A stretch of 64,000 nt of DNA, taken from assembly GCF_006345805.1 (NCBI RefSeq), contig NC_043010.1, positions 61,566,001-61,630,000 of the forward strand. Direction: 5' to 3'. Position 1 is the first letter of the stretch. Every line of letters begins with the position of its first letter. The DNA comes from Octopus sinensis. Its lineage: Eukaryota. Of this stretch, positions 37,458-50,712 are shown piece by piece. Under the pieces are notes generated by a model. That model worked only from the letters and a program-made list of their open reading frames with translations, searched no databases and was not told the origin of the DNA. The translations under genes were made by a program, and so were the position numbers.

Positions 37458-37753
37458 CATCATCATCATCATTTAGCGTCCGCTTTCCATGCTAGCATGG
37501 GTTGGACGGTTCAACTGGGGTCTGTGAAGCCAGAAGGCTGCATCAGGCCCAGTCTGATCTGGCAGTGTTTCTAAGGGCTGGATGCCCTTCCTAACGCCAA
37601 TCACTCCGTGAGTGTAGTGGGTGCTCTTTACGTGCCACCTGCACAGGTGCCAGACGAAGCTGGCAAACGGCCACGGACGGATGGTGCTTTTTACGTGCCA
37701 CCGGCACGGGGGCCAGGCGAGGCTGGCAACGGCCACGAACGGATGGTGCTTTT
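37458..37753 (-). mobile_element. SINE-like family B
   Basis: Near-identical to the 20468 and 44553 copies. Confidence 0.9.
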
Positions 37754-38267
37754 AATTTTCAGTGACAGTGTGTAGAACACTGCCAACAGTAAATATATAA
37801 AACACAAGTCACATGACAGACCATCACAAAATACTGTGTGTTGAACAGAAGAATACAAGATGTCTAGGGAAGGGGTCATGAGCCAGGAAAAAAAGGAGCA
37901 GACAGCTGGAAGCACTCGTATTGTTTTATTATGATTATTATTATATGTAATTATATTTTGCATCATAATGTTCTCAGCATTTAGTTCAGGTTTTTATTAC
38001 TGCTACCAAAAAGCTTTTCGTTTCTTTTTTGACCGGATGTTGTCTTTTGTACCTTCAGTGCAAAGGACCCCTGTAACCCCCTCTATGGGGAGCATTAGGG
38101 ATTGTTCCTTTACACTTGGAACAGACAACGGAATACAAAATATTCCAATGATATTTTGACTGTAATTGGTTCATAATTCATAACGCTGAGTTAATAATAT
38201 ATATCTATACATATGTGTGTGTACGTATCTTTATGTATCTATATGTATGTATGTGTGTGTATGTATA

Positions 38268-38343
<76 letters not shown>

Positions 38344-38584
38344 CACACACAGCTTGTAGTTATTTCTGTACACTGTTCATGTTAATATCCAGGATTTGAA
38401 CACAGTGATCATTGGTGGATTATCATCATAGTTATTGAAACACACATACACATATGTATACACACATATGTTTTTATACACACACACACACACACACACA
38501 CAAATATATATTTACAGAGAATATGTACCTGGTTAAAATGAAACAACTATGAAAATGAAATGAGAGTCAGAAATGGGTGGACTA

Positions 38585-39823
38585 TTAAGTAGAATGCGTT
38601 TGTTTGTGCAGCATGAGTTTGTCTCGTTGGGAGAATTGTTTCCCGCAGAATTCACAGCGATGGGGCTTCTCTCCAGTATGGGTGCGCAGATGCACATTTA
38701 GCGCATCTTTCCGTGCAAACAGTTTTTCACAAATAGAACAATGATATGGTTTGACACCGGAATGAGTTCGTTCATGTATCTGTAGTTTGTCTTTCTGAGA
38801 GAAACCCTTTGAGCAGTAGCTGCACACATAGGGCCTCTCCCCCGTGTGGATTCTGATATGGATATTTAGGGTGTCCCGACGAGCGAAGCGCTTCGAGCAG
38901 AACACGCAGCCAAAGGGCCTCTCCCCTGTATGAGTCCTTTCATGAATGATTAACTTGTCTTTTTGGAAGAAACGGCGCGAACACATGCTGCAACCGAAGG
39001 GCCGGATGCCGCTATGGGTCCTCTCATGGACTTCCATAGTTCGACGACGTAAGAACGGATTGCCGCAGATGTTACAATGAAATGGTTTGTTGAGAGAGTA
39101 TTTGGTGTAGGAGTGCGGCTGGTGTCGCTGTGGCGGCTGATGTTGCTGTTGAGTCTGTTGTTGTTGCTGCGGCTGTTGTTGTTGTTGCTGAGTTTGTTGT
39201 TGAGTTTGTTGTTGTTGCTGTTGCTGCTGTTGTTGTTGTTGATGTTGCTGAGACTTCTGCACTGCAAACAATGGCTTTGAGTTAAAGACACTGGCATTGA
39301 GAACACTGTTGCTGAGAGTGCTGCTGTTGAGGCTGTAGTGACCACCAGAACTCAAGTTCAGTTTCAGGCCGGAATTGCCTTTACCTCCCCCGCCAGAGCC
39401 ACTGCTGCTGTTGTTGTTAGTGTTGCTGCTGCTGCTGCTGCTGCCGCTGGGGCTACATATAGAGTTTTTCTTGACAGCTGAGTGTGATTGCAGGAAAAGG
39501 TTTTGTGAATGAGATGTCACTGATGATGAAGAAGTCGTATCCTTGCCGGCAGCATCAGCCATGCCGGAATGTGCAGGTCTTTTATTTCTTTTGTCACTGG
39601 AATCTTTCACCGAAGTGCCATTGTAGTTAATCTTTGGATTGTTGTACTGAGTCGGCTGGTTGCTGGAGTAGTGACTATGGGATTGATGTTGTTGGTGTTG
39701 CTGATGGTGGTGTTGGTGGTGATGGTGTGCTGGATGGCGCTGTTCTTGACCGATAGTCTCAGGAAATACCTGCTCCCCCACCTGCAGATGCAAATTTCGA
39801 GCTTCCCGTTGAGGAAACTGCAT
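38585..39823 (-). CDS. C2H2 zinc-finger protein (ZNF-2), 412 aa; polyH/S/Q N-terminus, 6 C-terminal fingers
   Basis: Intact ORF; six canonical fingers at 38594-39076 with TGERP/SGVKP/TGEKP linkers. Confidence 0.93.
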   Translation of the reverse strand: MQFPQREARNLHLQVGEQVFPETIGQEQRHPAHHHHQHHHQQHQQHQSHSHYSSNQPTQYNNPKINYNGTSVKDSSDKRNKRPAHSGMADAAGKDTTSSSSVTSHSQNLFLQSHSAVKKNSICSPSGSSSSSSNTNNNSSSGSGGGGKGNSGLKLNLSSGGHYSLNSSTLSNSVLNASVFNSKPLFAVQKSQQHQQQQQQQQQQQQTQQQTQQQQQQPQQQQQTQQQHQPPQRHQPHSYTKYSLNKPFHCNICGNPFLRRRTMEVHERTHSGIRPFGCSMCSRRFFQKDKLIIHERTHTGERPFGCVFCSKRFARRDTLNIHIRIHTGERPYVCSYCSKGFSQKDKLQIHERTHSGVKPYHCSICEKLFARKDALNVHLRTHTGEKPHRCEFCGKQFSQRDKLMLHKQTHST

Positions 39824-40029
39824 TTTTGAGCAGTGCTTCTCCTACCAGACACAGCACACCCGCTTCTCTCCAATGCACTACACACCTCTAGTAAACACCA
39901 CAAACTCCTAATATGTACAACACACTGCTACTATAAACCTCTATCATACACACACATATACACTGCAGAGGTAACCTTGGGTTTTCAGTTTAAAATTTGA
40001 AAGAAAAACAGAAATACAAATAAAAAATT

Positions 40030-40096
40030 CCTCTTGTGGGCTAATATAGCATGATACCCTCTTGTGGGCTAATATAGCATGATATCCTCTTGTGGG
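40030..40096. repeat. 28-bp tandem repeat x2.4 upstream of ZNF-2
   Basis: CCTCTTGTGGGCTAATATAGCATGATAC unit. Confidence 0.85.
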
Positions 40097-40570
40097 TTGA
40101 TTATATAATACAGTGTTATATTGTAGGTTGATGGTATAGTATTATGTTGTAATATAGTATAGTATCCTCTTGTGCGCTGATATACCTTGCAGATTGCTAT
40201 GACAGAATACCTTGCTGTGTTATTGTCAGGTTAATAAAGAATAGATTTCAACAATATTCTCCTGTGAGCTCTTTCTCTAATTGCCAATCTCCATTTTATA
40301 TCCATGATATCACATGAGAAAAGAGTTTGAGAAGATCCAGCAGTGGAACAAACATACAACACACAGCTACTTTGCTATGAGATCTTAGTTTCCAGTAGAC
40401 TAGACTCCACCGAGTGAGGTTGTCTTTCTACTCCAAGATGTCATCACTCAAGTGTGAACAGCAGTTCTGTATGTGAAGAGGAGAGAGGATGATGTTTCGT
40501 TAAACTTTCTCTTCTGATGTTCACAGGACCCCTGAACAAGGTGACTATTTCTCATACCTCCAACAAATTC

Positions 40571-40600
40571 CTACAAACAAACAGAAAAACAAATAAATAA
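40571..40600 (-). promoter_or_regulatory. Splice acceptor upstream of ZNF-2
   Basis: Minus strand TTATTTGTTTTTCTGTTTGTTTGTAG|G. Confidence 0.5.
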
Positions 40601-40727
40601 TAGCCAGGTAAATATTGGTAAGGAGTTTCATACAAAGTTGGGGGAACAACAGACAACTCATTACATTTCTATTAAAAAAACTTCTGGGTTTCCCCTATTT
40701 TACCTCACTATATCCATAATGTATACT

Positions 40728-40995
40728 GGAAGGCACATGTCCTAGTGGTAAGAGTAGCATACTCACAATCACTAGATCAAGAGTTCAATTCCTGGATCAG
40801 GTGGTGCATTGTGTTTTTGAGCAAAACACTTCATTTCCCGTCGATCCAGTCCATTCTGCTGTCAATGGGTAACCCTGCAATCAGTGAGAATGTTGGCATG
40901 CTTGCCTGACCAGCAGGGTGTCATCATTCAAAAGCTAAAAACAATGTGATGGACCAGCAATGTATAACATGCATTGGACTGGTCAACACTGTGAT
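40728..40995 (+). mobile_element. SINE family E
   Basis: tRNA-like head; TTGAGCAAAACACTTCATTTC core. Confidence 0.7.
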
Positions 40996-41474
40996 ATCCA
41001 TAATGTCTCACTAAAGCATCAACACATTTTTAAGGCCCAGGGTCAGTATTTAATTCAGATTTAAAGGGGTGAAATGGATATAAGATATATTTTGTCTTTC
41101 TTCCCTACAGACTATATGAGATTATTTTATTATCTTCCACATACCTAACACTTTTACAAAAGAAGGCCCTAAGTGCCAGGTAACATTCTAACAGTCTATC
41201 ATAGGTAACACCCCCCCACATATTTTGGTACATATTTCTGACAAACAGGTGAACTGTGGTCATGCAGAATATAGTGTTCTGTCCAAAAACAAAATGGATA
41301 AGAGATGTCTCAAGATAATGTTTAGATCGTATAAGCTTCAATGATCACAATGAACTAAAAACCCACATCACATTCCCATACATATGAAGAACATACAACT
41401 TGAACTACAGAAATAGCAGCCAAATCACACTCTGAAGAATATAAATTATAACATACTGTAGTCCTAGATATATT

Positions 41475-41915
41475 CATCATCATCGTTTAACATCCGCTTT
41501 CCATGCTGGCATGGGTTGGACGATTTGACTGAGGTCTGGTGAACCAGATGGCTGCACCAGGCTCCAATCTTGATCTGGCAGAGTTTCTACAGCTGGATGC
41601 CCTTCCTAACGCCAACCACTCCGAGAGTGTAGTGGGTGCTTTTTACGTGCCACTGGCACAAGGGCTAGTCAGGTAGTACTGGCAACAGCCACGCTCAAAT
41701 GGTGCTTTTTATGTGCCACCTGCACTGACAACAACCTCGCTTGAATGTTTTTTTTCATGTGCCACCAGCACAAGTGCCAGTAAGGCGACACAGGTAACGA
41801 TCATGCTCGAATGATGCTTTTTACATGCCACCAGCACAAAAGCCAGTTTGTTGCTCTGGCAACAATCACACTCGGATGGTGCTCTTAGCGCTCCATCAGC
41901 ATGGATGCCAGTCAT
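41475..41915 (-). mobile_element. SINE-like family B with diverged internal units
   Basis: Family match. Confidence 0.85.
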
Positions 41916-43662
41916 CGAATTGGATTTTGATATCGATTTCACTTGCTTCAACAGGTCTTCACAAGCAGAGTTTAGTGTCCAATGAAAGAAAGGAAAGGAA
42001 GTGTCTAGAAAAGGACATGGATGGATGGGAGCACAACTGAAGAAAAAAAAAATCTTTCATCATAGATTTGCTCAATCATGATCGATGTAGGACTAAAACC
42101 AACACCAAACTCACTTGTGGCACCTTCCTCTCACCACCATAACGCACAATCCTTCTTCCCCATTTCTTCCATGTCACTAATTCTCACCAACCAAACAAAA
42201 CTGAGCATCAAGTTATATCACCACCACCACTCCACAGACTACTTACTGGGGTGGGGATACTAATAAGGCTGTTACCCCATGCCTTGTGAGTCAAAAGGCA
42301 ACCAACCACCATGCCAGTACCTACACAGCTTCTTCTGCCCTTAACAATAACTCTCTAAAGAGCTCAGCTGAGGGCCACAACAGAAGTGCTCCCTGCCACA
42401 AATGTGGTGTGACAGTGCCACTGCAGCTGCTGCTACACAAAGACCTTCTAGATTACACCCAGAGAAAGTCTACTGAAATAACTGACATGAAGTCACATTC
42501 ACACACACACAGAGCTTTTGTTTCACAGATAGATGGTCTCCTCTCAGTCCTTTCTACCATTACTGCAATGGCCTCTGCTCCTCATAGATATCTCATCTCA
42601 TTCCACCTTCCAATCAAACTCTCTCGAGCAACTTGTTTCTCTTTTCCTTTCATCTCCCATGTTGCATCCACTCCCAGGCCCAAACAGTCCTGCCTTCTTT
42701 CCCTGAATGTCAGCTCTGCGTTTAACCCCTTCCCTCTAAGTATTCCCTGCAACCACCAACTGGCAACAGAACCAATTGCCCTGGTCTCACACACCCTGCA
42801 AAGACCACCAGGGATCACCATCTCATCTCAGTTTCAAACCTGACGAACGGCTCTGCTTGTTTAGCCCCAAGTTAGGCATGACTGAGTAAGATTTATAACA
42901 CCAACCGTGACCATTACGTCCTTTTTTAAAGTCAATATACCCCCCACCACCACCGACTATGTTATCCGCTAATGTCTTTTTTTTTGTTTTTTGTTTTAAG
43001 ACTTGATGGACATTTGGCTACTATTTCTAGCAGATGAAAAGGTCAAGCGAGCGATCTTCTCTTATTGGTTGGATCTCGTTGTAAAGTAAAAAACAGAATC
43101 AATGACTGTGAAAGGTAAACCCTGTGAAAAGTAAATTGACCGCAGAGAAGAAAGAATTTATCTGCCCAGGCGTGACTGAACTCAAAACATTGGAGAAACG
43201 AAAGTACATAAAGAGCGTTTGTCTGCCGTTTGTACTGTTAAATGTTGGGCTGGGAAAATAACAAATAAGGATTGTTTTGCTGTTTAAGACCAAATGTTAA
43301 TGTCTGTTGATGAGGGATTGAATGGAAATGGCGGGCGAGGGTGAAAAGAGAGAGAAAGGGGGGAAAAGGGGAGAGAGAGAAGGGAGAGGAAAAAGGACAA
43401 TACTGAATTGTGGATGTTGAGAAGGGAGAGGGACAACAGTGGATGGAAATAGACATTTTAGGGGTCAAGTTTCGTGACAAAAATTTTAGTGATCGAGAGT
43501 CAATAAGAATTGGAGTCGACGAGGAGGGAAAAAAGACGATATTTGAATTAAAGATCATTGCAGAGCTAATGTCAACAGATGCACTGAGAGGCCATCTTAG
43601 TGGAGTCAGGGGCTGCTGGACAGACATTTCGGATGAAGAGGCCTTCAGGGCTCTCTCCCTCT

Positions 43663-43734
<72 letters not shown>

Positions 43735-44552
43735 ATGAGCAAATGTATTAATGATGATAACAGTAACAGCAAGAAAGATGTAAACAGTTCTGTGTATGTG
43801 TGTGTTTGTTTGTATAGATAAATAAATTTAAAATTTTAAAACTGGATATTTAAAATTAATCACTAGAAAAAAAGTGAACACGAAAAAGCGACCGAGTTGA
43901 TCACCAGCTTCGAACATACAAATTTATTCTACAATATAAATTAAGTAGAGCATATTGCTCTGTGTGTGTGCAACATCAAAAAATAGTTTTGAATAAAACA
44001 GCAATCTCTGTTCTATCCCAAATGCATATATATATGTAAACAACCCTGCACAGTACTCGGAATCGACATTATATCTGACCTTTTACAGCGGTTCTCATCT
44101 AATATTCACTAAAAGTACGCTGTTTTTTATATAAACAATGGGGAATAAACTGAAGTTATTTATTTATTGAACCTGTTTACGACATTGAGCTATGAAACAA
44201 AAACTGTATATATATGAACTTACCGACAACGGATATACATAGTAGTGTATATAAGGCGATATAGTATTATATACTAAACACATGTAGATTAGATATATAT
44301 AGGGAGAGAGAGGCTGAAGATGAGGAGGGAAGGATTTTTGAAAGAAACAGATTCACAATGAATGATGGAGAGTCACTAAGAGAGATAACTTAGCAACCGG
44401 TGTTGGCCGAATATAATGTCACTGATGAAAATAGCTTTTTGATAGAGATTGTATTGTGTGGATTTATTCATTTTAGGAGGCTATATAGAAGAAAGGGGGC
44501 AGTAAGAGCTTTTTCGGTAAAACTAAATATTTAGGGATTTATATTAATGTAA

Positions 44553-44905
44553 CGATCGTGGCCGTGCCAGCCTCGCCTGGCCTCCGTGCCGGTGGCACAT
44601 AAAAAAAGCACCATCCGAGCGTGGCCGTTCGCCAGCCTCGTCTGGCACCCGTGTCCGTGGCACATAAAAAAGCACCATTCGAGCGAGGCCGTTCGCCAGC
44701 CTCGTCTGGCACCTGTGTCGGTGGCACATAAAAAACACCCACTACACTCACGGAGTGGTTGGCGTTAGGAAGGGCATCCAGCTGTAGAAACACTGCCAGA
44801 TCTGACTGGCCTGGTGCAGCCTTCGGGCTTCCCAGACCCCAGTTGAACCGTCCAACCCATCCTAGCATGGAAAACGGACGCTAAACGATGATGATGATGA
44901 TGATG
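44553..44905 (+). mobile_element. SINE-like family B
   Basis: Family match, (GAT)n tail. Confidence 0.9.
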
Positions 44906-45940
44906 TAACTAATATTCGAAATTAGTGTTATTGGTAAAGGAAAATGTCAATACACTGTTCGCTTTCCAGACATTTGTACATTACTGCAGATGCTTTATCT
45001 GCACTTTTGACAAGTTGTGGTGCACCTGAACACTGTATGCAATAATTTCATTATTATTATAAGTAGTGAGAAACTGGAGGGAGATTTGAAGAGCAGGTCC
45101 TTCGAGAAGCAACCCCACGGCCATCCTCCCAAGTGTTTCAATCCATAACTTTTTACACTCTAAGGGGGACAAGACATATCCAAGTCATGATTCCTGGATA
45201 TCCCTCTGTTTCCACATTCTGTGTTTCTATCTGTATTGCAATCCTCCTGGGTGGTTAAAGTGTCCCAGAGCCAAGATGTCTTAGATGCTACAGCCATTTC
45301 AGTCTGAGACGCCAGTTGATTGTTTGGTAAATGATGTCTTCAGAAATTCACTTCCATTCCCCTTTGACCAAATTCAGTGGGAACTCTTCTCAGCGTTTTT
45401 GGCCCTTGTCTTAAGAGCCCTGGTTCTTTTTCTTTCGGGATTTGAGAGCCATTTCATGAAATCGTAGACCCCCCACCACCAATCCTTTCACTTCCCATCT
45501 CTATGACAAGAATTTTGGCCTGGAAGCCAGATTCTCTCAGCCTCATGGCTGAACTGTCACGCTTTCCAATCTCGTAGCTATGGCTTTCTTCTTCTTCTTC
45601 ACAGACACTCTTGTGTTCTCCTCTCTCTCTCTCTCTTGTCTGTTTAAAGCCATGTTTCTCATCATATACTTTCCTCCTCTCCATCACAATATTATTTTCT
45701 CTCCACAAACTGCTGTTTCTTCTCACTTCTTTATTTCTCCTTACATCTTCCTCATTTTCCTCTCATCCTTTCTTTTCTTTTTCCTTAGTTTTCCATTCCT
45801 GGCTTTTCCCTTTCCTTCTCTTATATACTTCTTATTATTATTATTACGTCCTCTGCCATTTCTACTCAAGCATCCCATTTCAGTTTGTCTTCTCTCTGCT
45901 GGTGAAGGACATGTGTTAATTGAATTAACCATTATCAGCT

Positions 45941-46469
45941 TTTAATTGTTTCAGCCATTGGACAATGGACATGCTGGAGCATCACCCTGAGAGCTTAGTT
46001 GAACAAGTCAATGCCAGTACTTATTCTGTTATTAGCTTGTGCTGAACAGCTAAGTTATGGGGATGTAAACAAACCAACACTAGTTATCAAGTAGTGGTGG
46101 GGGGGGTCAAGATAAAAACAAAGACATACACACAAACAATTATATATATGTGTATGTGTGTGTATATATATTGTTGTTGTGGCCGATAACAGTACCACCT
46201 GATTCGCTCCCGTGCCAGTGGCACATAAAAAGTACCATTCGAGCATGGTCGTTGCCAGTACCACGTGACTGACTCCTGTGCGGGTAGCACGTAAAAGCAC
46301 CCACTACACTCTCGGAGTGGTTGGCGTTAGGAAGGGCATCCAGCTGTAGAAGCTTTGCCAGATCAGATTAGAGCCTGGTACGACCTTCTGGCTTGCCAGT
46401 CCTCAGTCAAACCGTCCGACCCATGGTAGCATGGAAAGCGGACGTTAAACGATGATGATGATGATGATG

Positions 46470-46500
<31 letters not shown>

Positions 46501-46663
46501 CAGACTTCATACTGTGTCTGTCCATCCAATTCCACTCAAATAGCATTGGTCAACCTAATACTATGAGAGAAGAAACTTGTCCAAGGTAGAGACACCTGCC
46601 TATGGTGCCATGCAATGGAATTGAACCCAGGACTACATGGTTGTGAAATAAAGTTCTAAACCA
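45941..46663 (-). mobile_element. Old SINE family A copy split by a SINE-B
   Basis: 3' half 45941-46140 and 5' half 46498-46663 are collinear. Confidence 0.65.
46185..46471 (+). mobile_element. SINE-like family B nested in a SINE-A
   Basis: Family match. Confidence 0.85.
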
Positions 46664-47329
46664 AATAAGTCTTTGTTCCTTTTAATGATTTGGTCTAGGA
46701 CTGTGTAAAGGGCCTTTACAGACTTTCCCAGACCTGTGGGAGTGACATGGCTAATGTTTTTGTTGAATTACTGATAATTGACAATAGAGAAAATTTGAGG
46801 AGGTGGGGAGGGATTCAAAATGTGGATGATTAGAGTGGTGGGGGGAAACAGTGCATGTGTGTGTGTGTGTTGCAAAGAATGTGTGTCTGAAAGCAGAGTG
46901 AAACTTCAAATGCAAGTTTACTAAAACAATATTGTAACACCCGCTGCATCATCGATCACATCTGTCTAAAAGACTGGGAGTCCACAACAAGATCAGAAAG
47001 CCACATTTGTGCTGCTTATATTCAAGATAACAATCAAGTGCCGGTATTACTGAAAACCAAATTGTTGCCATCACATATGTGTATCATAAAGTGGAACACT
47101 GGTGGGACAAAAACTGATAAATTACTTTCTAAAGGATGTTCTTTGGGATATTTATTCTGCACTGAGTTACAAAGACTCCCTCGTGTCTCTTGCCATCACA
47201 AATGTAGTGAAGCAATGAGTTGTATTTCTGACAGGTCAATCGATAATGATCATCAATTGTTCATAAATTGTTATATAAAACATGTCCTAGGGGCCTAACA
47301 TATCCGACTGCTCCCAAATTCTTTTCTTT

Positions 47330-47721
47330 TCTTTTCTTTTACTTGTTTCAGTTATTCAACTGCGGTCATGCTGGAGCACTACCTTTAGTCGAATCAAATC
47401 AACCCCAGGACTTATTCTTTATAAGCCTAATACTTATTCTATCGGTCACTTTTGCTGAACTGATAAGTTATGGGGACCTAAACACACTAGCATCGGTTGT
47501 CAAGCGATGTAGGGGGGACAAACACAGACACACAACATACACACACATATATATATATATATACATACATATATACGATGGGCTTCTTTCAGTTTCTGTC
47601 TACCAAATCCACTCACATGGCTTTGGTCAGCCCGACGCTATAGTAGAAGACACTTGCCCAAGGTGCCACACAGTGCGACTGAACTTGGAACCATGTGATT
47701 GGTAAGCAAGCTACTTACCAC
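47330..47721 (-). mobile_element. SINE family A
   Basis: Family match. Confidence 0.85.
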
Positions 47722-47869
47722 AAAACCTCCTTTTGCCTAGGTTTGAAATCAATATAATATTATGTTTTGTTGTTGTCATGAAATCATGATGACTTTTGGC
47801 CAAAAACTGATGAAGGATGAGCATGCCCACACCTTGTGTGTTTTTCCCACCTGTCCCTTTGTCATCCTA

Positions 47870-48183
47870 TACTCTTTTACTCTTTTAGTTGTTTCAGTCA
47901 TTTGACTGCGGCCATGCTGGAGCACCACTTTTAGTCGAGCAAATCGACCCCGGGACTTATTCTTTGTAAGCCCAGTACTTATTCTATCGGTCTCTTTTGC
48001 CGACCCGCTAAGTGACGGGGATGTAAACACACCAGCATCAGTTGTCAAGCAATGCTAGGGGGACAAACACAGACACACAAACACACACACATATATATAC
48101 ATACATACGACAGGCTTCTTTCAGTTTCCATCTACCAAATCCACTCACAAGGCATTGGTCGCCCAGGGCTATAGCAGAAGACA
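47870..48183 (-). mobile_element. SINE family A, 5'-truncated
   Basis: Family match. Confidence 0.85.
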
Positions 48184-48773
48184 CACATATATATATAAAG
48201 AGAGAGCGAGAGAGAGAGAGAGCTATTACTGAGGGATTATCAATCTGGACAAAATACTTCATAAGCTCTCTGTTGGCTCACCATGCTAAGAATATTGTTT
48301 ACATCAATGAAGAACTGCAGGTATTCTTACGGCAGGGTTCAAGGTTTTGCTTCATCACAATTCTAAATATTGTAAATCCATGGTTGGGCTCCAGTCAAAC
48401 TGATTTTTTACACAGAGTGATATACAAGACAAGCTATAAATAATGGTCATTATGTATTTCTCCTTTATTAGAGTAAATTTGGCTTACACCTGTTTCCAGT
48501 AGCCATTATAGGTACATTGCTGATAGGTTTATTCAATTGGTCTATTAATCAGTTGAGAATAATTGAACTGCCTAAAAAAATAAATGCTATTTTTGTCAGA
48601 GCCATTTCTGGTTATAACGAAGTAAAGCACTGCATTCTGTTACATTATAGCCAGAAATGGCTCTGACTAAAGTAGCATTTGTTTTGGGGGATTGTCCAGT
48701 TTTTCTCAGCTTATCAATAGACCATTTGAGTAAACCTGTAAGTAACATATCTATAATGACTACTGGAAACAGC

Positions 48774-49160
48774 GTGGAGGCACAATGGCCCAGTGGTTCG
48801 GGCAGCGGACTCACAGTCGTAGGATTGCAGTTTCGATTCCCAGACCGGCTGTTGTGAGTGTTTATTGAGCAAAAACACCTAAAGCTCCACAAGTCTCCAG
48901 CAGGGGGGGGGGGGGGCGAACCCTGCTGTACTCTTTCACCACAACTTTCTCTTTCTCTTTCTTCCTCTTTCTGTTGTACCTGTATTTCAATGGGCCAGCC
49001 TTGTCACACTCTGTGTCATGCTGAATCTCCCCAAGAACTACGTTAAGAGTACACATGTCTGTGGAGTGCTCAGCCACTTGCACATTAATTTCATGAGTAG
49101 GCTGTTCCATTAATTGGATCAACTGGAACCCTCGTTGTCGTAACCAAGAGTGCTGTAGTA
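48774..49160 (+). mobile_element. tRNA-derived SINE family D, full length
   Basis: TGGCCCAGTGG A-box, GTTTCGATTCC B-box; 12-bp TSD ACTGGAAACAGC. Confidence 0.9.
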
Positions 49161-49439
49161 ACTGGAAACAGCTGTTAGTCAAATATACTCTAAAAAAAAT
49201 ATAAAAATATGTAATAACTATTATTTGTACCTTATCTTATATATATATATACCCTGTAACGTGTGTATATTATGTTGCTCTTCTCCCCTACACACATCAC
49301 CCAGCATTTATAGTTACTACTCTGAAATATGCTTATATTCCTCTCTCTCCCCATTGTTCTGGTAGGCAGCTAATTAAATGGCCATACTTTACTGAAGTGA
49401 TATATATGTGTGTGTTTAAACTAAAGTATGTTTAAATCT

Positions 49440-49636
49440 TTTGATGCCACTTGTTCCATGGTATAAGCTTCTGGTTTTAAAGTGTTCTAAATTAAAAACT
49501 GCCTTCAAAATTTCATGGTAATTTATTTACCAAGGACTAACTTAATAACAACAACAAAATTATTTCACCAAATTCTTCAATATTTTCAAAATTAACACTG
49601 TGTATTTCCATAGGAATATGGTAACAAAAGGGTTGA
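49440..49636. mobile_element. piggyBac-like MITE end (related copies 23381-23424, ~60880-61038)
   Basis: AATATGGTAACAAAAGGG end, followed by TTAA in the 23381 copy. Confidence 0.45.
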
Positions 49637-49902
49637 CATTAGTCCATAATGTGGATTCTCAGCAGGATCATGACAAATAGTAGTAAATCCAAGGGAATGT
49701 CCACGACCATTTGTGGACACAGTGTAAAGGTAGAACTATAGGATCACCTTGGTGTCATGTGATGTATGATGTCAGCAGGGGGGAGGAATTTATGGCTGGG
49801 TCAATATGTCAAGGTCAACTCTGTATTATATGGTTCAGTGGTATTCTTTAAGATAGTCCCTGATCATGCGGTCTTGATGTGCTCTTCTTTGCTTATTTCA
49901 CA

Positions 49903-50085
49903 TATCATCCTCATCATTACCATTTAACATTCATTTTCCATGCTGGCATGGGTTGGACAATTTGACAGGATCCAGTGTGATAGAGAACTGTACCAAGCTC
50001 TATTGTTTGTTTTTATAAGGTTTCTCTACAACACGATGCCCTTCCTAATGCTAACCACTTTGCAGAGTCTACTGGGTGATTTTTG
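49903..50085 (-). mobile_element. SINE-like family B, diverged
   Basis: Family match. Confidence 0.65.
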
Positions 50086-50094
50086 TATGGTTGG

Positions 50095-50380
50095 GATATT
50101 ATGAATGTTGAAGCTCATGTCAAATGCAGAATGGATGAAATCTGTTTCGTGAATCCAACTGAACATCACATCAAGTAGCATTGGTCATGGTACCATGCCA
50201 TCGTGCTACCGATAAAACAATGGGTAAGTGAAACATGGAACAACACTACAGCAATCACCAAAATGTTGGATGTCTTTCACTAAAGGTGCTGGAGAAAAAT
50301 CCTTGGAATTTCACGTGAGCATCATATCAGAAGGGAAGGAGTCTTGAAGAAGAGCTTCATCTCAAAGACTCCAAAATACA
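50095..50380 (+). mobile_element. RTE-like LINE fragment
   Basis: SETWNNTTAITKMLDVFH*RCWRKILGIS. Confidence 0.6.
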
Positions 50381-50392
50381 CACAGACACACA

Positions 50393-50711
50393 TGTGCCAG
50401 TGGCACGTGAGAAACAACATTCAAGCATGGTTGTTGCCAGTGCCGCCGGACTGGCTCCCGTGCAGTTAGCACGTAAAAACACCTTTTGAGCCTGAGCGTA
50501 GTTGTTGCCAGAACCATCTGACTGGCCCTCATGCCAGTAGCACGTAAAAAGCACCCACTACACTCTCGGCGTGGTTGGTGTTAGGAAGGGCATCAGACTA
50601 TAGAAACTTTGCCAGACCAGATTGGAGCCTGGTGCAGCCTCTGGCTCACCAGTCCTCAGTCAAACCGTCCAACCCATGCCATCATGGAAAGCGGATGCTA
50701 AACGATGATGA
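50393..50711 (+). mobile_element. SINE-like family B
   Basis: Family match. Confidence 0.85.
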
Positions 50712-50712
50712 C

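Noticed and set aside
38594-39076. ZNF-2 as a TTAGGG telomere binder
   Set aside because: The 6-bp period fits, but Thr/Ala at +3 do not suit a GGG triplet; unsupported without assay.
38950-39345. Alternative-frame and antisense ORFs over the ZNF genes (also 55632-56185, 15558-15901)
   Set aside because: Stop-poor shadows of trinucleotide repeats and finger codons.
42286-42843. 185-aa ORF
   Set aside because: Non-ATG start, no recognisable motif, antisense to the likely ZNF-2 intron.
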